From Candidatus Saccharimonadota bacterium (GTDB lineage Bacteria > Patescibacteriota > Gracilibacteria > Absconditabacterales > Absconditicoccaceae): a stretch of DNA of 32,000 nt. The stretch lies in the NCBI GenBank assembly GCA_965231145.1, contig OZ246420.1, positions 600,001 to 632,000 of the forward strand. The letters are read 5' to 3'. Both the position numbers and the translations under genes were made by a program. The stretch's first letter is position 1. Each line of letters begins with the position of its first letter. Below the pieces are notes generated by a model. It did no database searches. It saw only the letters and a list, made by a program, of their open reading frames with translations, and was not told the origin of the DNA. Shown one piece after another: positions 11,786 to 21,681 of this stretch.

Positions 11786-11801
11786 GTGATGAGAGTTTAT
11801 A

Positions 11802-12149
11802 TTAAATAGGTAATATTCCTAATTTAGTTAGAACCCATAGAATTAACCAACTCACGACAACGAGTATTAAGTACAAGCAAAAATATATGATCGACCTTTG
11901 GGTCGGGCCTTTTACTGTATGTTTGTCGCTTATAATACCTACTATTATATAGCAAATAAGCCATAAAATGGTATAAATAGAAATAATTTGTCCAAATATC
12001 CATTCAATCGTTTTATTTGCAAAAATTGGAAATTGTTCTATTGTCATATAACAAATCCATATGCGTATTATAAAACTCAAACGACTAATTATTGGATACA
12101 TATTAATAATGTTAGTAAGCTTTTTATTTAAAATGGACTTTCTATTCAT
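11802..12149 (-). CDS. Small membrane protein (115 aa, about 3 TM)
   Basis: Track ORF. Hydrophobic helices: LSFIIRIWICY, IISIYTILWLICYIIVGII, IIYFCLYLILVVVSWLILWVL. The ATG overlaps the recoded hsdM 3' end by 22 nt. An alternative start is at 12101. Confidence 0.5.
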   Translation of the reverse strand: MNRKSILNKKLTNIINMYPIISRLSFIIRIWICYMTIEQFPIFANKTIEWIFGQIISIYTILWLICYIIVGIISDKHTVKGPTQRSIIYFCLYLILVVVSWLILWVLTKLGILPI

Positions 12150-13702
12150 AATTCTTTACAAAAATCTGTAATTTTATGATCAATTTCTACTATTTGTTTT
12201 TCAATATCTTTGATCTGTTTTGCTACCTCATTTACATCAATCTCCTCTTCATCTTCAAACGTATCCACATAACGAGGAATATTTAAATTATATTCATTTT
12301 CTTTCACTTCATCGAGCGTTGCGATATGGCTATATTTATCTGTTTCTTTTCTTTCTCTATAAGTAGAAATGATCTTCTCAATATCCGCATCCCTCAGCTT
12401 ATTTTGATTTTTGACTTTCTCAAAATGCTGACTTGCATCTATAAATAAGATATTATCGGTATGAGTACGGCACTTTTTAAACACTAAGATACATGTCGGG
12501 ATACTCGTCCCGTAGAAGATATTAGCCGGAAGTCAAATAACAGCATCTAGATAGTTTTTTTCTTTTATAAGGTATTCGCGGATATGTCATTCTGCTCCTC
12601 CGCGAAACAAGACGCCATGAGGCATAACAACCGCCATCGTTCCATTGTCCGCTAAGTGATAGATCATATGCTGTATAAATGCATAGTCTGCTTTGCTACT
12701 TGGAGCAAGTCTACCATACTGAGAAAACCTCTCATCACTCAGGTGAAGTTGATTCGCGCTTCGCTCAGCAGAGAAAGGCGGATTAGCTACGATAGCTTCA
12801 AACCTTTCATGCATGTGCTGAGGATGCTCAAGGGTATCTTCTTGTTGGATACTAAACTTACTATAATGTACTCCATGAAGGATCATGTTCATACGAGCAA
12901 GGTTATATGTTGTATTATTAAGTTCTTGTCCATAAAATTTTCCAACTTCTTTTACCTCTTTCGCCACACGTAAAAGCAACGATCCTGAACCGCAGGTAGG
13001 ATCATAAGCCGACTTAAGTTTTGTCTTTCAGGTAGTAACAAGCTTTGCAAGCACTTTAGACACTTCTTGCGGCGTATAAAACTCCCCCGCTTTCTTCCCT
13101 GCTCCACTGGCGAATTGCCCTATAAGATATTCATATGCATCACCCAGCACATCTATTTGTGCATTCTCCAACTGAAAGTCTATCTTATCAAGATAAGACA
13201 GTACTTTTGCAATGATTGTATTTTTTTCTTTTTCTGTTTTCCCAAGTTTTTGAGAAGTCAAATCAAGATCAGAGAAGAGATTACTAAAATCATCCTCGCT
13301 ATCCGTTCACATGGTACTATGTTCTATGCTATTAAGAATTTTCTGCAGATCTCCGATGATGAAATTATCTTCTTTTTCTGACTTAGCATTTCCTCTCTCA
13401 GCTACCACATGAAAAAGCTCAGAAGGCTTGAGGAAATATCCGAGACTATCTAACGCCTCTTCTTTTATAGCCTTAAGCATATCTTTGCCTTTCTTAGAAC
13501 TTTCATCAATATCTTCATATGCCATATTGCCATCATTTTCCAATATTTTATTTGCATACAGATACATTTTCTCCGAAAGATACTTGTAGAAAATGAATCC
13601 TAAAATATAGTCACGGAACTCATCAGCATCCATCCTTCCACGCAAAGTATCAGCAATATTCCATAGTTGAGTTTGTAGTTGTTTTTTCTGTTCTTCAGAC
13701 AT
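12128..13702 (-). CDS. hsdM: Type I R-M N6-adenine DNA methyltransferase subunit (524 aa)
   Basis: MSEEQKKQLQTQLWNIADTLRG.., ..GDAYEYLIGQFA..AGEFYTP.., YDPTCGSGSLL, VANPPF, ..FRGGAE[G]HIREYLI..AVI[G]LPANIF. Four track ORFs share one frame. The TGA at 12146 is read through to TAA at 12128. Confidence 0.95.
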
Positions 13703-13741
13703 ACAATAGACCACTTTATATGTAAAGCAAATATAGATTTT

Positions 13742-13769
13742 TTTATATGTATAAGAGCATCTATTGCAA
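13742..13769 (-). promoter_or_regulatory. Putative promoter of the hsdM array
   Basis: Minus strand TTGCAA (13769-13764), N16, TATAAA (13747-13742), about 40 nt upstream of the hsdM ATG. Confidence 0.35.
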
Positions 13770-13835
13770 GTCACATATCCATGATAGTTTCAAGTAATAT
13801 ATAGAATAGACTCACTTAGTTCGATCTTTAAATTA

Positions 13836-13863
13836 TTGACATCCCACTCTAAATCCCTAAAGT
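13836..13863 (+). promoter_or_regulatory. Putative promoter of the 13889 gene
   Basis: TTGACA, N16, TAAAGT, 25 nt upstream of the ATG. Confidence 0.35.
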
Positions 13864-13888
13864 CTAGCCACACTAAAACACAACTCGT

Positions 13889-14494
13889 ATGAAAAAAACA
13901 CTATCAATACTGGCCTTCCTTATCATAGCTATAGATTGCTATGCGCAGGTCGCCTCTACATCGACTCCCGAGGAGACAGGCCCTATAGCAGTTTTTTTAT
14001 CTGCTATCGGAACTATACTCATCCTTGCTTCAGGGATAGTCGATATCGCTAAAAAATGGAGTACTTTCCGGCAAACACTCTTTCTCATCCTTATCCAGGC
14101 ATTTGGTGTTGCCATACTCCAATCTCACATCCCATGGGGGTTTCTTATATTTGGACTTAGCTGCTTGCACACGATCGTATTTGTTATCTATCGTATCCGT
14201 GAAAGCATCAAACCGCCCACTGCTGAGGAAGAAAATGATGATGACTTGGAAGAAAGCTATGACTATCCACTGATGTTAAAAATTGCTCAGGAGGTACTTG
14301 ATGAAAACCAGGTAGTCTGGGAAACAAAAGAGGAGCTCAAAGATTTCTTGCGTTACCATTATGACCAAACTATCAAGTTTCGCTATATGGAAGCACAGGA
14401 TGTGCCTCAGGTATACATCATACACTATGTAGAAGGACTTATCGTCAAACTGGCCGACAGTATCCATATGCTTAAGCAGCAGCCAACAACGTAA
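13889..14494 (+). CDS. Hypothetical membrane protein with signal peptide and acidic C-terminal domain (201 aa)
   Basis: Intact track ORF. MKKTLSILAFLIIAIDCYAQ signal-like N-terminus, about 3 TM, EEENDDDLEE linker. No TGA codons. Confidence 0.6.
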   Translation: MKKTLSILAFLIIAIDCYAQVASTSTPEETGPIAVFLSAIGTILILASGIVDIAKKWSTFRQTLFLILIQAFGVAILQSHIPWGFLIFGLSCLHTIVFVIYRIRESIKPPTAEEENDDDLEESYDYPLMLKIAQEVLDENQVVWETKEELKDFLRYHYDQTIKFRYMEAQDVPQVYIIHYVEGLIVKLADSIHMLKQQPTT

Positions 14495-14520
14495 TATACT
14501 ATTTTACCACATCGTAGTAT

Positions 14521-14546
14521 CCCTCTGAACCCAGAGGGATTTTTTT
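14521..14546 (+). terminator. Rho-independent terminator
   Basis: ccctctg-aacc-cagaggg followed by a-ttttttt. Confidence 0.65.
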
Positions 14547-14613
14547 ATTATGCAGCCATTGAAATGTAGCTTTGGATCGTTATACTTTCCGGACAACAAA
14601 AAAGACAAAACGT

Positions 14614-15003
14614 ATGAAACGATTAATGACTATTATTCTCTTACTTACACCTTTGTGCTGTTTTGCAGCAACCCAAACTACTACTGCCATTCCAGCCGCA
14701 TCAGAAAACACGAGAGAAGTTGACTTCTGGATAGGCGCTTTGGTTGGCGTTCCTCTTTTTATCTTGCTTTCCAAACATTTTAGGAAAAACGTAAGAATTG
14801 GCATGGGAGTAGTTTTTGGCATAACACTGACTTTAATAGCAGTTAGCTGTTGGCATGATCCAGCGCATGTGCGCTATCGGGGAGGATTTTCTCTCCTATG
14901 GATAGCGCTTGTTATTATAATAAATTACTTCACCAATAAATATTATAAAAAGGGTGATTTTAGTGAAGATATCCATCTGCCAAACATTGCGGCAGACGAG
15001 TAA
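14614..15003 (+). CDS. Hypothetical membrane protein with signal peptide (129 aa; alternative start 14572)
   Basis: Track ORF. MKRLMTIILLLTPLCCFAA signal-like segment, then about 3 TM. No TGA codons. Confidence 0.55.
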   Translation: MKRLMTIILLLTPLCCFAATQTTTAIPAASENTREVDFWIGALVGVPLFILLSKHFRKNVRIGMGVVFGITLTLIAVSCWHDPAHVRYRGGFSLLWIALVIIINYFTNKYYKKGDFSEDIHLPNIAADE

Positions 15004-15024
15004 GTCTCTCAAACCCATGACATG

Positions 15025-15051
15025 TTCCCCTGTTTTAGGGGAATTTTTTTT
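15025..15051 (+). terminator. Rho-independent terminator
   Basis: ttcccc-tgtttt-agggg-aa followed by T9. Confidence 0.65.
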
Positions 15052-15053
15052 AT

Positions 15054-15075
15054 AAAAAAACCGCCCGGAGGGCGG
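15054..15075 (-). terminator. Rho-independent terminator of the TspO-like gene
   Basis: ccgccc-gga-gggcgg at 15061-15075, followed on the minus strand by a T-run at 15060-15054. Confidence 0.65.
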
Positions 15076-15097
15076 CGTTTCGAGAAGGTATAATAAT

Positions 15098-15736
15098 TTA
15101 TGAAAGAAAAGCTGTTAACGCTCAGATCAATGCCCGAAACGAGAGAAGAAGCGCCATAGGATTGCGTCGTGCGCGCCATGAGAAATACGTTACGATAACA
15201 CCAATAGCCAATGCGCAATATGCCCGGAGAGACGAAAGCGCAAATGCTGGGTTGAAGAGATAGATAAGGATAGAGACGCTGAGAACCGTAGTCGCCATGC
15301 TGATCCAGCCATAGTAGGCTCCAAATGCTCGTCGTCCAAACGTATGTTGCATGAGGTTTTTCCTGTACTTGTCGAGGATGAACATAAGAACAAGCATGAT
15401 GAGTGCAATGATGATGACGGAAAGTACATATATTTCGCGGCTGGTAACTATGACCCAGGCGATATTGAGAAGCGATGTCAGTGCAAAAAGCCAGGTTATT
15501 TTTTTATGATATTTCTTTCCAGAGAAAAATCTGATAAGGATAAGGATCATGGTCACTCCAAGCATGACGAAGATGAGCCCCCATGCAAGCGAGAAAAAAA
15601 GACCAGCAGGCATATACGGAAATGGAAAGACCTCTCCGAGATTTGCGATGCTGCCTCATAAAATGTCTCATGTAGCACCAAGATAATTGAAATAATACAC
15701 TCCGAGTAACAGAAGCAATGCAACGATAGCTGCCAT
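15098..15736 (-). CDS. TspO/MBR-like tryptophan-rich membrane protein (212 aa)
   Basis: MAAIVALLLLLGVYYFNYLGAT[G]DIL[G]GSIANLGEVFPFPYMPAGLFFSLAWGLIF.. resembles the Firmicute-type TspO-like N-terminus (NYLGATG ... PAG.aFsIWg). Track ORF 15122-15613 extends at both ends through TGA. Confidence 0.5.
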
Positions 15737-15918
15737 CCAAATAAACAATAAAAAATAAAAGATAAGAAATACAAAATATCACCTACAAGCTATATGTATA
15801 TGAAAACAAATTGCAAACAAAGGAGCATAAAAAACAAGACAGGATGATGATAATTTTTATTTTCCGAACATATCCGAAAGTAGTCTTGCAATAGCATTGC
15901 ATATCTCTATTCTATTTC

Positions 15919-15930
15919 AGAACATGTTCT
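15919..15930. promoter_or_regulatory. 12-bp perfect palindrome AGAACATGTTCT upstream of the DUF134 gene (candidate operator)
   Basis: GAAC-N2-GTTC, immediately followed by TATAAAAT and 23 nt upstream of the ATG at 15953. Confidence 0.25.
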
Positions 15931-15952
15931 TTTTATAAAATACTTGATACCC

Positions 15953-16267
15953 ATGAAAGCGGGAAGAAAAAAGAAATGCAGAGTGATCGACTTTGACACA
16001 AATAGGATGGTATGTCACTGTTTCGGCCCCACAGCGCTCTCCAAAAAAGAGTTACATCTTTTACCGAAAGAGAAACTATGAACTGACGAACTCCAAGCAC
16101 TCATCTATCAGGACATAGACGGATTAACCATGTTGGCAGCCGCAAAAAAGATGGGCATCTCAAAAACAGTATTTGCAACGATCTATACATCTGCAAAAAA
16201 CAAACTTATCAACAGCATCATCACACCCAAAATATTAATTATCGAATGCGAAGAAAAAACTATTTAG
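15953..16267 (+). CDS. DUF134 (UPF0251) putative DNA-binding protein (104 aa)
   Basis: MKAGRKKKCRVI..FGP....LL..EKL[G]TDELQALIYQDIDGLTMLAAAKKMGISKTVFATIYTSAKNKL.. matches the DUF134 layout with a sigma-70 region-4-like HTH. Confidence 0.7.
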
Positions 16268-16285
16268 CTTATATTATTCTAGCCT

Positions 16286-16594
16286 ATGGAAAAAATCACC
16301 TATGAGCAATTTGCTCCAACTATCTCATCAGGAGTCGTTATCGTCGATTTCTTTGCAGAATGGTGTCCCCCGTGTAAAGCGCTGACGCCTGTATTAGAAA
16401 ACTATAAAGTAATATATGGCGATAAAATTAAGATCGTCAAAGTAGATGTGGACGAAGAACAACGTCTTGCAATGCAACAAGGGATCACTGCAATGCCTAC
16501 CCTACAATTTTTCAAAGACGGAAAGCAGGTTAATATGGTAAGAGGGTTTGACCCAGCGGGTATCATGGCAGCTATAGACGCAGCGATTGCATAA
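16286..16594 (+). CDS. trxA: Thioredoxin
   Basis: Intact track ORF. VVDFFAEWCPPCKALTPVL..MPTLQFFKDGK. Confidence 0.92.
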   Translation: MEKITYEQFAPTISSGVVIVDFFAEWCPPCKALTPVLENYKVIYGDKIKIVKVDVDEEQRLAMQQGITAMPTLQFFKDGKQVNMVRGFDPAGIMAAIDAAIA

Positions 16595-16611
16595 AAAAGC
16601 TAGAGGTTTCT

Positions 16612-17064
16612 CTAAAGCGTAATTTCATGTGGAAGATCCCATGAATGTCCATCTATGATCCTTATCCAGGTAGGAGTGATTTTATAAAATGATCTGAAAT
16701 CATAATTTTCTGCTGCTTCCTGAGCCTCACCTTCGTCTTTCGCAGGAAATTTATCATAGAACGCTTTCATAGCACTGCTACCATCTTTCACTTCAAAAAG
16801 CTTACATACTCATTTTATTTGTAGTCCGCTTACAACATTGTCCGTTACCTCTTCTGGAGTATAAATACATACTGATACCTCGGGATGCTTTTCTATATTT
16901 TGTGCATGTTTTCTTTGAGGCCTCGACACAAAGTAGAGATTCCCATCTTCATCTGCATAGTAATGCAAATTACATACATCCACCCCAACACCATCTGTTG
17001 TCGCTAATGCCAGAATCTGATTATCTTGTAAAAAAGCACGCAGTTGTTCTTTGATGTTCATCAT
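16612..17064 (-). CDS. Pyridoxamine 5'-phosphate oxidase-family FMN-binding protein (150 aa)
   Basis: ..ILALATTDGVGVDVCNLHYYADEDGNLYFVSRPQRKHAQNIEKHPEVSVCIY.. split-barrel pattern. Track ORF 16810-17064 continues through one TGA=Gly to TAG at 16612. Confidence 0.65.
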
Positions 17065-17193
17065 TGAGATTTATTAAAAATAAATATTTTCTCGCACTAT
17101 AGTAGTTTCATGCATAATTACAACGGTTTCCTGTCGTCATACAAGGGATAGAAATAAGGAGAACAAGATTTGCATTAATGAAACACAAAGACA

Positions 17194-17221
17194 TTGACAA
17201 GATAAAGAATAAATATAAAAT
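17194..17221 (+). promoter_or_regulatory. Putative promoter of the 17245 gene
   Basis: TTGACA, N16, TAAAAT, 23 nt upstream of the ATG. Confidence 0.4.
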
Positions 17222-17244
17222 CATGATTACAAAAACAAAGCTGT

Positions 17245-17775
17245 ATGAAAATAAATTTAGTATTACTCGTTCGATGGCAAAACGGACACTGTAGCGTGCC
17301 GCCTATGGATGTAGAGGTAGATGTCTCCGTTAACGCTATTCCTTTGCTACGGGAAATTGACTCCCATATACATGGACTCGCCTCGCGTAATGAACAGAGA
17401 GGAACTACCGGGACTCCTGGTAGCGGCTCAAGCTTTTCCTATGGGCATAAGGCAAATGTCTTTGGGCACCACAGTAACCAATTCTACTACCATACTTTGT
17501 ATGCAGCATGTGGTTTGTTACAACTCGGTGATACAACTATGTCGTTTCCCCTGAACGTATGGGATGACGCAAACATTGAAGAACTTGTTGCCGACATCTC
17601 CTCTGCTATAAATGCCGCAGCAAGTGATATGGGACTACACAACGACCGTCCTGCACAGGTAGATCTGTATCTGGATATTAGCGAAAAATACAGAAACATA
17701 TCGCTTATAGAAGCACTGCAAAAACACTATGGTGAAGCGCTCCGTGTAGTAAGACACCAGCCAGCAAACGCATAA
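17245..17775 (+). CDS. Hypothetical protein (176 aa), no recognisable domain
   Basis: Intact track ORF with its own promoter-like and terminator signals. Visibly GC-richer than its surroundings. No TGA codons. Confidence 0.5.
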   Translation: MKINLVLLVRWQNGHCSVPPMDVEVDVSVNAIPLLREIDSHIHGLASRNEQRGTTGTPGSGSSFSYGHKANVFGHHSNQFYYHTLYAACGLLQLGDTTMSFPLNVWDDANIEELVADISSAINAAASDMGLHNDRPAQVDLYLDISEKYRNISLIEALQKHYGEALRVVRHQPANA

Positions 17776-17798
17776 TTGTATCTTATTGAAAATATTAA

Positions 17799-17828
17799 AG
17801 AGAGAGGGATCTTCCTCTCTCTTTTTTT
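17799..17828 (+). terminator. Rho-independent terminator
   Basis: aagagagaggga-tc-ttcctctctctt followed by ttttttt. Confidence 0.65.
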
Positions 17829-17889
17829 ATTGCCTTTTTATCCGATTTAAGTAAATCAAAAAATAGTATTTTATATCTCTCGCTATACT

Positions 17890-20586
17890 ATGAAACATAA
17901 AAAAATCCTGACGTGGTTTGCTATGCTTGCATGAGCAAGTACGCTTGCTATTATGAGCATAGTACATGCTGCAAATCTAAGCACCAACCTTACGTGGTGT
18001 ACGGCAAATTCTGGCTCGATCAATATTTCTTATACAGAGTGTCAGTCTCTTGCCTATCTCTACCATGAAACAAGTGGAGACAACACCTGGGCTGCTACAG
18101 GAAATTGGTTTTCGAATACTGATGTCAGCCTGTGGAAATGATGAGATGGAACTAACAGCGGAAATGCTATGGTTATCTCAGGATGACATATCATAAGCCT
18201 CTCCCTCTCCAACAACAATCTGCGAGGAAGTATCCAAAGTGGTCTTGTGGGACTTACGTACTTAAGCTGATTAAATCTCTTCGACAATAGTCTTTTCAAT
18301 GTAAACACCTCCTGAATGTCCGCTCTCAGATCTCTCAACATAGGCTTCAATGCAAGCTTTTCTTGAGACTTCACATACACGACAGGCCTCAAGTATCTGA
18401 GTGTCTACTTCAATAATTTCTTTTCTGACAAGCTTAGTTCATTGATCGCTCCCCTTCACGATCTCGAATGGCTGCATGCATGGAACAATATATTATCCGG
18501 TGGACTTGATGTTTCGACGCTCACAAGTTTAAAAATCCTTGAACTCAATGAATCCTCTCTCTCATCTATCGATCTTTCAAACAATACAGCCCTTACCAAT
18601 CTCGCTATCAATTATAACAATCTTACCTATCTAGATATATCTCACAATCCTCTCCTCTCCTATGTTACTGCAGAATACGGTTTACTAACAGGTGTCAAAT
18701 TGGGCAATCCTATAGCCACCGAAATGTACTTCTGATCTAATAGTATTACCTCTATAAATCTATCCGGAGCAACAGGTCTACAATCTATTAGAGTCTCAGA
18801 CAATCAACTTTCATCCATCAATATCTCTAGCAATCTTGCGCTCGAAGGCTTAGATATACAAAATAACAACTTCACATATATCAATCTTACCGGCCCAAGT
18901 CTTATGAGTCTCAATGCACAGGGAAATCAACTTACCGGTATCGATCTCAGTGGAGTCCCACTTATAAATTATTTGAACCTTAGTTCACAAGAAGGATCAG
19001 GACTAACGACACTCGACATATCAAATAACACCCTTCTCTGACAACTTCTTGCAAGCGGCAATAGCATAGAAACTATCATCTCTGCTCCTGCATGATCATA
19101 TGGTTCATTAACAGTATTTGATGTGAGCGACAATCCTCTCTCAGATGTGACAGATATAAACGCCCTCTCGCTCTTATCATCACACAATCAATATACAAGC
19201 GTCTGAAATTTCACCGGAACTGCGCATGACACTGCTGTCAGCATCGAATGGACGAGACCGATTGACTATGGTTACTCATGAGACTTATACAAATATACAG
19301 CCAGACTGGATACAGGCAGCGCTATAAACATATCATGATTATCTACTACAACATATGTTATTACCGGACTCACCAATAGTCAATCATATCTTGTAACACT
19401 ATGTGCAGTATATAGCACTACTTGAGCTGACAATGCAATATGTGAAAGCGTTACACTTACTCCAGAATTATCAGTGTGTCAACCAGGGAAAACATTGTAT
19501 ACTGGTGGTGCATTCCCCGAATGTATCCCCTGTATGGCAGGGACATTCAACAGTCTGATCGACGGAGCATGTATTCCAGCACCTATGTGATATTTCATAG
19601 ATAACTCAGGAGCTACCGGAGCTACACTTTGTCCTCCAGGTACATATGGAGACACAACAGGAGCTACTGCATGTACTCCAGCAGAGCAAGGATATTTTGT
19701 CCCAGATTTCTGATCGCAATCAGCTATAGAGTGTGAGCCTGGATCATTCTCAAATACAACATCTGCTAGCGAATGTACTCCAGCGACTCCAGGATATTTT
19801 GTAAGCGGTTATGCAGCTATCGAACAGACAGCATGTGGTCCAAACACCTTTACTGATAGTGCTCATTCTACTTCATGTACTCCTTGTCCTACTGGTTACA
19901 TCAGCAATGCCGGAGCTGCTATATGTGTTCTGCCTAGTAGTGGAAATGGCGGTGGAGGTGGTGGTTGATTAACTTCTTTCATACGCAATCCCCTTACAAC
20001 TGTACCGGGTCAACTACTGAATATTGTTGTACCTACTATAACGAAGACCACTCAAAAGACAGAAACCAAAAATGATAATATAGATCCATCGGTTGACGAA
20101 GCATACTCATTTTGATTTACCTATGGCCTTACTACTCTTGCAAAAGAAAAAGCCAGACTCGATGATGGACTCAATAGATTTGAGCTAGCGAAAATGGCCA
20201 GCGCATTTCTTAAGAACGTCTTATGAAAAGATCCTGTAGAAAATCCTTTGTGTGATATTAGTAAGTTTCAGGATTATGAGACTTTTGATAGCGAGATGAA
20301 GACATATGTGAAGAAAGCATGTGAGTATGGTCTTATGGGCTGGAAAGGAGACAAGAAAGCTATACTGGACAGCTTTAATCCATTTGATTCTGTTACCAGA
20401 GAACAATTTGCTACTACTCTCTACAGAGCTCTCTTCCCACAAAATAATGAACAAGTATCTTCACTCTTACAAGCACTCAACAAAGCAGGCATTATCCGCA
20501 ACATATCAACTCCTGAGATGTCAGAGATTAGATGATATACTCTGCTTATGTTTCAAAGAGCTGCGGCGTATGGTAGTAAAAAATAG
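17890..20586 (+). CDS. Large secreted surface protein (898 aa): signal peptide, leucine-rich repeats, FN3-like domain, Cys-rich ephrin-receptor/GCC2_GCC3-like repeats, Gly linker, C-terminal SLH-like domain
   Basis: 899 codons open with about 25 TGA=Gly. Track ORFs 17953-, 18442- and 20248- share its frame. MKHKKILTWFAMLA[G]ASTLAIMSIVHA is the signal peptide. L..L.L..N.L repeats span about 18190-19190. ..VSIEWTRP..YKYTARL..TYVITGLTNSQSY is FN3-like. C.PG.Y...C..C..G.F repeats span 19441-19935. ..FNPFDSVTREQFATTLYRAL is SLH-like. Confidence 0.8.
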
Positions 20587-20593
20587 ATTAGGA

Positions 20594-20620
20594 AAAAGAG
20601 TTCGTAGTGGACTCTTTTTT
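20594..20620. terminator. Bidirectional terminator between convergent genes
   Basis: aaaaagagt-tcgtagtgg-actcttttt. Confidence 0.6.
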
Positions 20621-20632
20621 GAAATTATATTA

Positions 20633-21673
20633 TTACAAGCAAGCATTCTCAAGGATAGCAAAAGTTTTTGTATTAAAATCCAACTCTGCCTCTATTCCCA
20701 ATGGCAAAACAAACATCGGATCTGTATGTCAAAAGTCCATATTTGTTACTATTGGCAATTCTACTAATCCCAGTTCTTTATTTACTATTTTCAAAAGAGC
20801 GTCGTCATAGTTTATTTGTTCTCATGTTTGATAATCAATCTGGGATCTTCCCATTACTATTCCTTTGATTACATGTAAGATTCATTGAGAACCAAGGTTT
20901 CTTATAATTCTTTCAAATTGATTAGTACTCATTTTCTCCTCCGAGGTCTCTATAAAGAGTATCTTACCTTTTCGTTCCTCTACTAAAGGCCAAATAGATG
21001 TTCATACAAGAAATGGAAACACATCAATACATCCTCCCAAGAGCTTTCCACCTATCCTTCAACCTCCTTGTAGCCATCTCCAAGGTGACGCAGGAAGAAG
21101 ATTTCTTTTCTTTTGTTGATTTTCTGGATTATTCCATGGAAGAAATTCATTAGTCCATCCATTTTCATTTGGAGAAATTTCTCATATAATTTCTGATGAA
21201 AAAATAGATTTATTTACGGAGTCTACCATATATGGGAACAATCACCCATTCTCACCAAAGCCAGCCATAATACTTGGTCCATAAAACGATACAATACCTG
21301 CCTTATAACATATAAAATGAGTGATAGTAGTATCTGAATACCCTATAAAGACTTTAGGGTTGTTTCTAATAACATCAAAATCTATATAAGGCAGCATTCT
21401 AATAGACTCTTCTCATCAAATAGTAGAAAATATACCTTTGATGGTTGAATCCTTAAAAGCATCCATTAAGTCTTTTGCTCTTGCTTCTGGATGTTCATAT
21501 ACAAATATAGAATCCTGCATAGTATTAGTCATTTCTATTACTTTTACCCCAAATTGCTCTTCTAATTGTTTTTTACCTGCGAAATACCTTTCTGGCGCCG
21601 CTCACGGCCCTCCCCACGAAAGTGATACCGTAGCAACCTTATCTCATTTCTTTAAATGTTTAGGCTTTATCAT
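20633..21673 (-). CDS. S66-family serine peptidase (LD-carboxypeptidase / MccF-like, 346 aa)
   Basis: MIKPKHLKK[G]DKVATVSLSWGGP.., ..FIGYSDTTITHF (Ser), ..KILFIETSEE.. (Glu), ..NMDF[G]HTDP (His). About 12 TGA=Gly. Absent from the track. Confidence 0.85.
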
Positions 21674-21681
21674 TTAAGATT

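Noticed and set aside
9060-11800. A 2.7-kb stretch with almost no ORFs of 60 aa or more in the track, which looked like non-coding DNA, a pseudogene graveyard or a possible repeat array
   Set aside because: Under code 25 it resolves into three uninterrupted genes: hsdS, the 267-aa orphan and the NYN protein. There are no spacer-repeat periodicities, so it is not a CRISPR array.
12656-13381. Plus-strand track ORFs 12656-12973 and 13067-13381. The same applies to 337-585, 1580-1798, 2081-2332, 4383-4646, 7995-8180, 8766-9038, 14580-14822 and 15344-15661.
   Set aside because: All are antisense to, or out of frame with, strongly supported genes (hsdM, ABC exporter, tgt, lexA, hsdR, membrane proteins) and have no domain features.
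17321-17699. Nested track ORFs 17321-17554 (+) and 17487-17699 (-) inside the 17245-17775 gene
   Set aside because: They are shorter and lie within the longer ORF that has its own promoter and terminator. This is typical of alternative-frame noise in a GC-richer segment.
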